NCBI GenBank assembly: GCA_002402635.1
Contig: DHGE01000048.1
Span: 5,154 to 69,153, forward strand
From: Deferribacterales bacterium UBA4806
GTDB taxonomy: Bacteria; Chrysiogenota; Deferribacteres; Deferribacterales; UBA228
Length of the DNA stretch: 64,000 bases
Reading direction: 5' to 3'
The position numbers and the translations under genes were made by a program. Shown piece by piece: positions 1-9,371 of the stretch. Every line of letters starts with the position of its first letter. Positions within the stretch are counted from its first letter, which is position 1. A model generated the notes under the pieces. It worked only from the letters and a program-made list of their open reading frames with translations. It ran no database searches and had not been told where the DNA came from.

Positions 1-1788
1 AATACTATATTAGAAGGTAAAAAAGTTTTTATTTATGGTTGTGGAGCAACTGGAAGACTTGCTAAACAGATGGAAAGCACATTCTGGAGACCATACTGGC
101 AAAATATTAAAAATAATAAAAATATATGGAATAGAATAATTAAATATCTACCAAATATAGAAGAAAGACTGATTGGTGAAATGACTGGTGCTGATAGAGC
201 ATTAATAAGTTCCTTAGAAGGTTTTGAAGATTTACAACTAATTGGAAGTCTTCAAGTTGATGACAGAGGAATAAAAAAAGGTGATGTTGTAATCGCTGTA
301 ACTGAAGGTGGAGAAACTTCATCGGTTATTGGGGCTATTTTAAAAGCTCATAATCAGTGGAAGGAATTGGGATCATATTCTTCTCTTGATAGCTCTAAAT
401 ATTTATACTTTGTTTATAATAACCCCGATGAATTATTATTACCTTTTGATAGAAGCAGAGGGGTTTTGAAAGAAGATGGAATCACAAAGATTAATTTAAC
501 AACAGGTCCACAAGCAATAGCAGGTTCCACTCGTATGCAGGCAACAACTATAGAAACATATGTTATCGGAACAATATTAGAATCTGCAATATATAAATTG
601 CTATCAAATTATCTTAATACATATGAATTAAGAAAAGTTGGTTTTACTGAACCTATTAATTTTAATAAACGTTTTTTAGAATTTGGCGATATTTTAGAAA
701 GTGTTAAAGATACTCTACCTGAGCTCAGTGAATTAACTGATATTGAAGCAGAAACCTATAAAAATAACAACTTTTCTACATATTTTGCTGGTAAAGGTAT
801 AATAACAGTTTTTACAGATAGCACTGAACGAAGCCCCACCTTCAGGCTAGTACCACTTGATACTATACATGAAAAAAATAGAAAAAGCTGGATTCAAGTC
901 TGGACAGAATCTGATAACCAACCTGATGGCTGGCTATATATGTTAAAAAGGCCTTTTAGAGGACTTTTTGAGGAAAAGTACAGAAAACCATTTGAAACAG
1001 AGATTGATGATGCCTACTTGAAAAACTCTGCTCTTAATAGTTTAAAGAATGCTGGTAACGACCAACAAAATCTTTATGATTTTTCATTCTCTAATTTTAA
1101 TATGACAAAGAGAAACTTTAAACAGGGAGATTTTGGCTTAGCCATTAGTTTGTCTCCAGAAGAAGAAACACTATTAGCCAATAAATCATATTTTAGACGT
1201 TTTTTTGGACTTGTAGAAAATAATTCCGCAAATGCTGGAATAATAATGATTAATTATAAGAATGATAATTATATAAAAAATCTAAAGAATAATTTAGATA
1301 AATTATTCTCAAAAGATAAGCAATTTGTGCTCATTTCTGTTCTTATTGACAATAAAAATGATCCGCTACTTGTAAAGCAAAATATAGCTGCTAAGTTGCT
1401 ACTTAATACCCATTCTACAGCAGTTATGGGTATACTTGGAAAAGTTGTTGGGAACACAATGACAAATGTAAGCCCTAGTAATTTAAAACTTATTGGCAGA
1501 GCCACTTATCTTATATTAACTCACGTAAACGATATGCTTACAAATCCAGATTTTGTAAAAAAATATGGTACTAGAAAATATATCAATTATATGGAAGCTA
1601 ATGCAGTATTATATGATTCTATAAAGTATTTAAAAGGTATTGATTCAAAAAGTGATCAACCACCTGAAGTAGCGTTGTCAATAATTCGTATACTAGAGTC
1701 TTTAAAATTTATGAAATATATATCAAATGATGATGCTTTAAAGATAGTTACTGATGTAGGACTTGCAAATTATCTTTCAAGCCTCTAA
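1..1788 (+). CDS. MurQ/GKRP-family SIS-domain protein, long two-domain form; 5' end lies outside the window
   Basis: The frame of the 70..1788 ORF stays open to base 1 (NTILEGKKVFIYGCGATGRLAKQ precedes the listed Met), so the gene starts upstream. GCGATGRLA, LIGEMTGADRALISSLEGFED and AGSTRMQATT line up by eye with E. coli MurQ GAGTSGRLG / LIAGG...VEGAED / GSSRMKAGTAQK. At more than 595 aa it is about twice MurQ length. Confidence 0.6.
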   Translation, partial: NTILEGKKVFIYGCGATGRLAKQMESTFWRPYWQNIKNNKNIWNRIIKYLPNIEERLIGEMTGADRALISSLEGFEDLQLIGSLQVDDRGIKKGDVVIAVTEGGETSSVIGAILKAHNQWKELGSYSSLDSSKYLYFVYNNPDELLLPFDRSRGVLKEDGITKINLTTGPQAIAGSTRMQATTIETYVIGTILESAIYKLLSNYLNTYELRKVGFTEPINFNKRFLEFGDILESVKDTLPELSELTDIEAETYKNNNFSTYFAGKGIITVFTDSTERSPTFRLVPLDTIHEKNRKSWIQVWTESDNQPDGWLYMLKRPFRGLFEEKYRKPFETEIDDAYLKNSALNSLKNAGNDQQNLYDFSFSNFNMTKRNFKQGDFGLAISLSPEEETLLANKSYFRRFFGLVENNSANAGIIMINYKNDNYIKNLKNNLDKLFSKDKQFVLISVLIDNKNDPLLVKQNIAAKLLLNTHSTAVMGILGKVVGNTMTNVSPSNLKLIGRATYLILTHVNDMLTNPDFVKKYGTRKYINYMEANAVLYDSIKYLKGIDSKSDQPPEVALSIIRILESLKFMKYISNDDALKIVTDVGLANYLSSL

Positions 1789-1797
1789 AATCTAAAT

Positions 1798-3084
1798 TCA
1801 TTTATAAATCATATAACCTTTGCTATTTTCAATAAATTTATTAAGATCAGCTGAATAACTACTTACTATATTATTGACTGGCTTGTTATCAATTATGTTT
1901 TGTCTTAGCCAACTGTTTCCAACGAGTTTATCAAAATAATCATTATTAAAAGTGAGCTTGCCGGGATAAAGTTTTTCAATCATTTCTAAAATATGTAGTG
2001 TCGTTTCAAATGGTTTATATAAGTTTCTGTCTAAAACGTGAAGCTGGGCCCCACCACATAACTTATTTGCATATTTTGAAAATGTAGGAGTAAACCAGTT
2101 TTCTCTGAATTTCACACCAGGTAGATTTAAAGCATTTAATTTTTTTGCTAAAACATATCCATCAATCCAGGGCGCTCCAAAAAATTCAAAGGGTTTCGTT
2201 GTTCCTCTACCTTCAGAAATATTCGTGCCCTCCAGTAAAACTTGTCCTGGATATACAATCGCTGTATCTAATGAGGGCATGTTTGGTGATGGTATAACCC
2301 ACGGTAAGCCTGTAGAATCAAACCACATATCTCTTTTCCAGCCTTTCATTGGTATAACAGTAAGTTTTACTTTACTGCTGAGAAATTTTTCGTTAAAAAG
2401 CCATGCCAATTCACCAATAGTCATGCCATGCCTCATTGGTATTGGATATAGCCCTATAAAGGAACTGTGGCCGGGGTATTCAAGTATGGGGCCTTCCATT
2501 GAACCACTAACAGGATTTGGTCTATCTAAAACAATAAAGCCTATACCATTTTTAGCTGCAGATCTCATAACATATGCCATAGTTGCTATATAAGTGTAAA
2601 CTCTTGTACCGACATCCTGAATATCAATTAATATTATGTCAATTCCTTTTAGCATGTCATTTATGGGAGTTTTGCCTTTTTCTATAGTATCAAAAGAAGT
2701 CATATATTCATCTATATTTTCTATAGCATTTTCTGGCTGAATGAGATTCTGCCCATAAAGGCTATAGACAGGTATATTATATTTATCGTCAATATAGTAT
2801 GATACATATTCTCCTGCTTGAGCATTGCCTCTAACTCCATGTTCTGGTCCGTAAAGGGCTACTAAATTAACTTTTTTACTTATGAGTAAATCTATTGTAC
2901 TATCTAAATCTTTATTTCTTCCTGTTGGATTAGTTATTAATCCAACTCTTTTACCTTCAACTAAGTAAAGATACTTATCTAAAAATACATCAACACCCAA
3001 TATGACTTTACAAAAACCATTGACAATAAAAAAATTAAAAACAAATACAAAAAATATTACTTTCAATTTTGTTGCATACTGCAT
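1798..3084 (-). CDS. namZ: DUF1343/YbbC-family protein (NamZ-like exo-beta-N-acetylmuramidase), with N-terminal signal-like segment
   Basis: 428-aa ORF with a hydrophobic N-terminus (KVIFFVFVFNFFIVNG). Blocks GLITNPTG, LYGPEHGVRG, IDIQDVGTRVYTY and LDRPNP are ones I recognise from the DUF1343 family. Confidence 0.7.
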   Translation of the reverse strand: MQYATKLKVIFFVFVFNFFIVNGFCKVILGVDVFLDKYLYLVEGKRVGLITNPTGRNKDLDSTIDLLISKKVNLVALYGPEHGVRGNAQAGEYVSYYIDDKYNIPVYSLYGQNLIQPENAIENIDEYMTSFDTIEKGKTPINDMLKGIDIILIDIQDVGTRVYTYIATMAYVMRSAAKNGIGFIVLDRPNPVSGSMEGPILEYPGHSSFIGLYPIPMRHGMTIGELAWLFNEKFLSSKVKLTVIPMKGWKRDMWFDSTGLPWVIPSPNMPSLDTAIVYPGQVLLEGTNISEGRGTTKPFEFFGAPWIDGYVLAKKLNALNLPGVKFRENWFTPTFSKYANKLCGGAQLHVLDRNLYKPFETTLHILEMIEKLYPGKLTFNNDYFDKLVGNSWLRQNIIDNKPVNNIVSSYSADLNKFIENSKGYMIYK

Positions 3085-3111
3085 TCAATGCTCCTTTATT
3101 AAACTATTCAA

Positions 3112-3185
3112 AGCTGGCAGGGGGACTTGAACCCCCGACCTGCTGATTACAAATCAGCTGCTCTAGCCAACTGAGCTACGCCAGC
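3112..3185 (-). tRNA. tRNA-Thr (anticodon UGU)
   Basis: The reverse complement folds as a 74-nt cloverleaf: acceptor GCTGGCG/TGCCAGC, D arm GCTC-AGTTGGCTA-GAGC, anticodon arm GCTGA-TTTGTAA-TCAGC (anticodon TGT), T arm GGGGG-TTCAAGT-CCCCC. The discriminator is T and no CCA is encoded. Confidence 0.9.
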
Positions 3186-3253
3186 AAATATAGACAATTC
3201 TTTCTATCTTTTAAAAATAACTGTAAAAATTTTAAGAAAAAATAAATAAGCGG

Positions 3254-4954
3254 TCAAGTGGTTAAATTACTATTCAACTTGGATATACTGACATAAGTAT
3301 CATAATAAGCAAGTCCATTATACGCATCTGTAGCCATACTTTCTATTAAAGTATTAGGACTTTTGCCATTAAGTAGTCTATTTTTATGAATGAGAATAAC
3401 ATTATTTAGTTTTTTAGACACTTTACAAGGTCCGCTTATATTTCCGCATTTATTATATAAAGAAATATTATCACCATCTTTTATATTTTCAAGTTCTGCA
3501 ATTTGATTAGCTACATAGATAAAATTGTCTTTTTCAAAATCTTCTTTTAAATATTGTGAATTTAAGTATGCATAGTGCGAATTTGTTAGCAGTTGATATA
3601 CTTTATCAGGTTTTGAAGGAAAAATTAGGGGCAATTCTTTACCTTTATATTTTCTTTTTTCAGGTTCTTCATTATTTATTAGTTCATTAATATCTTCAAT
3701 ATTAATATTAAAATTTAATTTATTTGAGAGATCTTTTACTATATCTATATCAGAAGGAAATCTATTTATGGCTCTTTTTTTTCGGGTTTTCAAGCTGTGA
3801 AAAAAATAACTACTCTGAATATCTTCCTGACAGAACATTCCACCAACTTTTATAAAGTAATCTGCATATTTAGTTGTTTCTGTTTCTATTGTGTCAACAA
3901 CAATTAATTTTATTTTCTTCAAGCACCTCTGCCATTCACTACTGTCTGGATAGGTTATAGCAGGATTTGCAGCAACAACAAATAATATATCAAAATAATT
4001 CTCCTTTAACAATCCAACAACTTTTGCAACATTAATTAGATTCTTTTTATCTATATTCAAATTTTTAAGGTTAGATTTTGATGATCTTCCATAGTATAAA
4101 TATTCCAAATTATCAGTTAAATACGCAAGTTTATTAATCCATTGTACTATATTTTTCCCATTTTTATATCTTTGCAGTCCATAGCCTGTAATAAAAGCTG
4201 TCTTTTTAAATTTTATCATACTGGTAAGTGCATCAATAACAGCTCTATTTATACCAGCTAATTTTAATAAGCCGTTTTCATCAATATTTTCATCTATTAA
4301 CTTCATTTTTTTAAGTAAAAGTGCGCACAATATATTGTCGCATCCAGGGTTAATTGCAACATAATAATCAGATAAACTTGCTGAATCAGTAAAAACTGGA
4401 TCAATATATACAATTTTCTTTCTTCTATTTTTCAATTTTTTTAAATAGGCATATAAATGGGGACTTGTTACTTTTGCATTTTTGCCAAAGAGAAATATAA
4501 CTTCAACTTCTTCTAAATTGCTAATAACCGGATTATAATACATTCCAAAATCTTCAATATGAGCAGAAATACCTGTTTCATCACAGGGGCTTCCTTCTAT
4601 AAAATATACATTATTAAAATATGACATTAATAAATCCCAATAGCCCATATTATAAGCGATACTGCCAGAACCTCTTAAATATAGAATTTTTTTTTCTATA
4701 TTAGAATTTAAGAAAAGCCCTAACTTATTAATAACAGATTCTGTATTACAGATTTCTTTATTTCCATTAATGTCATTAAAATAACTTTCACTATTGTTTT
4801 CTATTTCTCTTATATAAAATTTCTTTAATTTACTGCAGAGGAAGTTATTTTTTAAATAACTAATATTTTCGGATTTAAAAATTACTTGATTATTGTTTTT
4901 TATAAACTCAAATCCACATAAGTCAGGACAATCTTTTGAACAAAAATATTTCAT
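3254..4954 (-). CDS. Molybdopterin (Mo/W bis-MGD) oxidoreductase family protein, cytoplasmic, substrate unknown
   Basis: 566 aa. The N-terminal Cys cluster C5-x3-C9-x3-C13-x26-C40 resembles the 4Fe-4S site of bis-MGD enzymes. The C-terminal segment IAELENIKDGDNISLYNKCGNISGPCKV resembles the MGD-binding barrel. There is no Tat signal. Confidence 0.65.
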   Translation of the reverse strand: MKYFCSKDCPDLCGFEFIKNNNQVIFKSENISYLKNNFLCSKLKKFYIREIENNSESYFNDINGNKEICNTESVINKLGLFLNSNIEKKILYLRGSGSIAYNMGYWDLLMSYFNNVYFIEGSPCDETGISAHIEDFGMYYNPVISNLEEVEVIFLFGKNAKVTSPHLYAYLKKLKNRRKKIVYIDPVFTDSASLSDYYVAINPGCDNILCALLLKKMKLIDENIDENGLLKLAGINRAVIDALTSMIKFKKTAFITGYGLQRYKNGKNIVQWINKLAYLTDNLEYLYYGRSSKSNLKNLNIDKKNLINVAKVVGLLKENYFDILFVVAANPAITYPDSSEWQRCLKKIKLIVVDTIETETTKYADYFIKVGGMFCQEDIQSSYFFHSLKTRKKRAINRFPSDIDIVKDLSNKLNFNINIEDINELINNEEPEKRKYKGKELPLIFPSKPDKVYQLLTNSHYAYLNSQYLKEDFEKDNFIYVANQIAELENIKDGDNISLYNKCGNISGPCKVSKKLNNVILIHKNRLLNGKSPNTLIESMATDAYNGLAYYDTYVSISKLNSNLTT

Positions 4955-4970
4955 TAATGATGTTATAATA

Positions 4971-7043
4971 TTATGCTAATCTAAAGTCTACTTCTAAGAA
5001 ATCATAATTTATTTTATCAAGAACCACTTCAATTATATCCCCTACTCTGAATCTTTTTCCTTTATGCTTTCCTAACAAAACTGATGAATCGGCATCAAAG
5101 ATATAATAATCGTCTTCTAACTTTGAAATAGCGACAAATCCTGTTAAGAGCAAATATTCTATAAAAATAAAAAAACCGCTAGATCTAACTCTATTTATAT
5201 AACCTTTATAGATATTATCTCTATTCTTCTCTAAATATTTTATTTTTTTAAATTGTTGTACTTCTCTTTCTGCGCTGTCTGCCAACTCTTCCATATTTGA
5301 AGAATGTTCTGCAGCATTTTTTAGCCAGTCACTATCAACATCAAAATTATAATTAAACAGATATTTTTTTAACAGTCTATGGATTATAAGATCTGGATAT
5401 CTTCTTATTGGTGAAGTAAAATGTGTATATGATTTTGATGCCAACCCAAAATGGCCTATATTTTGTGTTGAATAAAGAGCTCTTTGCATACTTCTCACAA
5501 GTATTGAACTTAAAATATAGCTATAGGAAGTTGTAATAATATAATCAGAAATAAGTTGAATAACCTTTGGATTTATAACTTTTGGAACGTCTAAATATAT
5601 ACCAAAATTTTTGCACTGATTTACAAATTCTAAAATCTTCATCCTATCAGGTTCCCCATGAACCCTAAAAATAGAAAAGTGCGATTTTTCTTCAAGGTAT
5701 TTTGCCACCACTTCATTTGCCTCTAACATAAAATTTTCAATCATTCTATGTGAAATTTTACGCTCTAATGGACAAATACTTATTAAATTCCCTGAATTGT
5801 CAAATTTGAATTCAGGTTCTGGCAAATCAAAATCAATCATGCCAAGTTCTTTTTTTCTCTCAGTTAACTTTTTAGATAATTCTTCTGCATTTTTCAACAT
5901 GTCCAATAATTTTTTATCTTTTGTAATAATTTTTTCTTCTAAAATGTCGGCCACATAATTGTATGTAAGTCTATAGTTACTATTAATAACAGACTCATAA
6001 AAATTCACATTTAAAATGGTGCCGTTTAAATCATAATCAATTTTTACAGTTAGAGCTAATCGATCTACTTCAGGTTTTAAACTACATAAATCATTAGATA
6101 GTTTTTCAGGCAACATTGGTATTGCAAATTCTGGGAAATATACACTAGTTCCTCTTTTGTATGCTTCTTTATCAATTAAAGAGTTAGGCTTTACATAGTA
6201 TGCCACATCTGCTATATGTACATATAATATATATTTTTCTTTATCCTTTATAACAGTTATGGCATCGTCAAAATCCCTTGCATCTTCACCATCTATTGTT
6301 ACAGTAAAAAGATCTCTTAAATCTGTTCTATTTTTATATTCATCAATAGGTACATTAATATTTTCTAATTCCTGTTTAACCATTTTTGGAAACTTCACAG
6401 ACAATTCATACTTTTCCAGAACTATTTTATTTTCAATTCCTGGCTCTCCTAATTGCCCTAATGTTTTTAATATCTTACCCTCAGGATTTTTTCTTTTTTC
6501 AGGAAAATGAATAATACTGCAAACAACAACGTCATTATCTTTGAGAGTTGATGCATATTTGCTTGGTATGTAAATATCGTAGAAAAACTTTTTCATAAAT
6601 GGAATTACATAGGCAAAATGTTTTGACTTCTCAACTCTACCAACTAAACGAGTATACTTTCTTTCTAAAACTTTTACTACATAAGCCTCTTTCTTCCCAT
6701 TGTATTCTTCAACCCTTATAGCGACTCTATCGCCATGAACTGCTCCATTTAATTTATTAGGTGGTATAAAAAGATCTTCAATAACACTATCATCAGCAAT
6801 AAAAAAGGCATAACCATCTGGATTGCCGTCAACTGTACCCGTATAAAGACACAACTTGTTTATAGAAGAATACTTACCAGATTTTAACTTTACTATTTCA
6901 TTCTCTTTAATAAGTTCATTCAATAAATTTTTTAACTTTACAGGGTTAATTGAAAATTCTTGTGAAATTCTCTTAAAAGTAACAGGTTTATCCTGCAAAA
7001 ATATAAAAGTTCGAATTTTTGTTTTTAAATTATTTAATTCCAT
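4971..7043 (-). CDS. rnr: Ribonuclease R (RNase II/R family 3'-5' exoribonuclease)
   Basis: 690 aa. RNB catalytic blocks TIDGEDARDFDDAI and HFGL..YTHFTSPIRRYPDLIIHR are present. There is an N-terminal winged-helix-like region, an OB region and a C-terminal S1-like domain. Confidence 0.9.
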   Translation of the reverse strand: MELNNLKTKIRTFIFLQDKPVTFKRISQEFSINPVKLKNLLNELIKENEIVKLKSGKYSSINKLCLYTGTVDGNPDGYAFFIADDSVIEDLFIPPNKLNGAVHGDRVAIRVEEYNGKKEAYVVKVLERKYTRLVGRVEKSKHFAYVIPFMKKFFYDIYIPSKYASTLKDNDVVVCSIIHFPEKRKNPEGKILKTLGQLGEPGIENKIVLEKYELSVKFPKMVKQELENINVPIDEYKNRTDLRDLFTVTIDGEDARDFDDAITVIKDKEKYILYVHIADVAYYVKPNSLIDKEAYKRGTSVYFPEFAIPMLPEKLSNDLCSLKPEVDRLALTVKIDYDLNGTILNVNFYESVINSNYRLTYNYVADILEEKIITKDKKLLDMLKNAEELSKKLTERKKELGMIDFDLPEPEFKFDNSGNLISICPLERKISHRMIENFMLEANEVVAKYLEEKSHFSIFRVHGEPDRMKILEFVNQCKNFGIYLDVPKVINPKVIQLISDYIITTSYSYILSSILVRSMQRALYSTQNIGHFGLASKSYTHFTSPIRRYPDLIIHRLLKKYLFNYNFDVDSDWLKNAAEHSSNMEELADSAEREVQQFKKIKYLEKNRDNIYKGYINRVRSSGFFIFIEYLLLTGFVAISKLEDDYYIFDADSSVLLGKHKGKRFRVGDIIEVVLDKINYDFLEVDFRLA

Positions 7044-8439
7044 ATTTATCCATTTTTTTTCTTAATGTATTACGATTAATGCCAAGCAAGTCAGCTGCCT
7101 TACTTTTATTCCCTTTACAAAATTGCAGTGCTGCCTTTATTAAAGGAAATTCTACTAAATTCATATACACTTCATAGGGCATAAAAGTATTCTCCATTAT
7201 ATTAGAATTCTCTGATTTACTGAAGTATTGAAGAGCAAGCTCGTATAAATTATTATATAAAGAGAAATCCTCTAGGTTATCTTGTTCATTCTTAATATTG
7301 TCTGGTAGATCATCTATAGTTACCTTTGAAGAGCTATTATTTATAAGTAAATAAATTATTGTATTTTCTAATTCTCTTATGTTACCTGGCCATTTATATC
7401 TAGCAAGCACTTCGAATACTTCATTGTCAATTTTTACCGTATCGCCTTTTAAGTGAGAATATTTGCTAATAAAATGATTCACTAAAATAGGTATATCTTC
7501 TTTTCTATCCCTCAATGACGGCATTTTTATATTGACAACATTTAATCTATAGTACAGGTCTTCTCTAAATTTATTATTTTTCATTAAGGATAATAAATCT
7601 CTGTTAGTAGCAGCCAAAATTCTAACATCTAGTTTTATTATATTATTTGAACCCACACGAGATAATTCTTTGTCCTGAATAACTCTTAAAAGCTTAGATT
7701 GCAGATTATAATCTAATTCTGATATTTCATCTAATAGAATAGTTCCTCCGTTGGCCATCTCGAATTTACCTACTTTATTTGCATTTGCTCCAGTGTAGGC
7801 TCCTTTATCATAACCAAACAATTCACTTTCAATCAGCTCCTTTGGTATAGCTGCCATGTTTATAGCAACAAATGGTCTATTATATCTATTGCTTTGATTG
7901 TGGATCATTTTTGCTATCACTTCTTTTCCAGTGCCTGTTTCTCCGGTTATTAAAACTGATATGTCTGATTTCGCTACTCGTCCTATAAGTTTATATATAT
8001 CTAGCATTCTTTTATTTAATGTTTGAAAATCGTACTTTAAATCGTTTTCAGAAGTGACTATGTTTTTATTAGATTGCAATTTTATAATATTTAATAGCGA
8101 TCCTTTAATTTCCTTAATATCAAAGGGTTTAGGAAAAATATCTACAGCGCCGATTTTAATAGATTCTATAATGTTTGTACTAGTATTCTGTGCTGTTATA
8201 ATAATAAAATTTATCTGTGGATATTGCTTAATCCATTTTTTTACAAAAACCAAAGCATTTATATCATTAATAAATATATCAACAATGCATGCATCAATAG
8301 GCAATTCATTTAATATGGTTTCTGCTTCTTCAATAGTCGATGCAGTATGAATGTAGAAATCCTTATCACTTAATCCTTCTTTTAGTACCCATAAAATATT
8401 TTCCTCATCATCTAACAATAGAACATTAAATTTATTCAT
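7030..8439 (-). CDS. Sigma-54-dependent response regulator (NtrC family: receiver + AAA+ + Fis-type HTH)
   Basis: 469 aa. It has a receiver domain at the N-terminus, GETGTGKE Walker A, ESELFGYDKGAYTGA (GAFTGA-type loop), and a C-terminal HTH AADLLGINRNTLRKKM. Confidence 0.9.
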   Translation of the reverse strand: MNKFNVLLLDDEENILWVLKEGLSDKDFYIHTASTIEEAETILNELPIDACIVDIFINDINALVFVKKWIKQYPQINFIIITAQNTSTNIIESIKIGAVDIFPKPFDIKEIKGSLLNIIKLQSNKNIVTSENDLKYDFQTLNKRMLDIYKLIGRVAKSDISVLITGETGTGKEVIAKMIHNQSNRYNRPFVAINMAAIPKELIESELFGYDKGAYTGANANKVGKFEMANGGTILLDEISELDYNLQSKLLRVIQDKELSRVGSNNIIKLDVRILAATNRDLLSLMKNNKFREDLYYRLNVVNIKMPSLRDRKEDIPILVNHFISKYSHLKGDTVKIDNEVFEVLARYKWPGNIRELENTIIYLLINNSSSKVTIDDLPDNIKNEQDNLEDFSLYNNLYELALQYFSKSENSNIMENTFMPYEVYMNLVEFPLIKAALQFCKGNKSKAADLLGINRNTLRKKMDKYGIK

Positions 8440-8441
8440 TT

Positions 8442-9371
8442 TTATAAAGGCAATAAAATTGAGAAGGTTGTGCCTACACCATTTATACTTTTAAATTCAA
8501 TTTTTCCATCGTGACTTTCTATAATTTGTCTTGCTATAGAAAGTCCTAGACCAAATCCCTTAGACTTAGTGCTAAAAAAGGGTTTAAAAATTTTCTCTCT
8601 TACCTCTTCGCTGATTCCACCTGCTAAATCTGTAATATTAAATTTCACCATATTAGAATACACATTGTTTAATTTATCATAATATTTTATTGATGATTCA
8701 ATGAATATAGATATGTTTATTACACTATTTTTTTTGGCTTCACAAGCATTTTTTATAATATTATAAAATGCTCTAAATAGTTTTTGTTTATCCCCACAAA
8801 TTTTATCTATAGCTGGATCAAATTCGACTTTAAAGGTTATATCCGAAAAAATTATTCTTAATGATGCAATTATCTCATCAATAAATTCAGGTAGATTAAT
8901 TTCCGATTTAATTAAAATAACTTGTTTTATCAGTTTCAATTCTTCTAAAAGAGTTTTTATTCTATCAATTTCACTAGATACTATTTTAACACATTCCATT
9001 GTGTAATTATCTAAATGTTTATCTGACAAAATTTGCATTATACCATCAATTACTGTTAGAGGATTTTTAATTTCATGCAAAAAGGAATCTATATCAATAT
9101 AATGCTCAAACTTGTAAGAAATATTAGTAATATCTATAAAATTTACCACCCAAAAATCTATTTCTTTATCAACAACTAAGAAAAATATATTTGCTGATAA
9201 ATTAACAATAAATTCACCGCGTTCAACTTTTTCGATTATAAAATCTGCTAAATTACGTATGTTAAGCTTTGTAAATTCACTCCATATGTTTTCAAAATTA
9301 TTTGAATAATTTGTTATTTTTTTATTTTTATCGATTATAATAAATGGAAATTTATGGAACCTTTCTATCAT
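8442..9371 (-). CDS. Soluble sensor histidine kinase (partner of the adjacent regulator)
   Basis: 309 aa with no obvious TM segment. H-box FLHEIKNPL, N-box NIIKNACEA, G-boxes DLAGGI and GFGLGLSI. It lies 2 nt upstream of the regulator gene. Confidence 0.85.
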   Translation of the reverse strand: MIERFHKFPFIIIDKNKKITNYSNNFENIWSEFTKLNIRNLADFIIEKVERGEFIVNLSANIFFLVVDKEIDFWVVNFIDITNISYKFEHYIDIDSFLHEIKNPLTVIDGIMQILSDKHLDNYTMECVKIVSSEIDRIKTLLEELKLIKQVILIKSEINLPEFIDEIIASLRIIFSDITFKVEFDPAIDKICGDKQKLFRAFYNIIKNACEAKKNSVINISIFIESSIKYYDKLNNVYSNMVKFNITDLAGGISEEVREKIFKPFFSTKSKGFGLGLSIARQIIESHDGKIEFKSINGVGTTFSILLPL

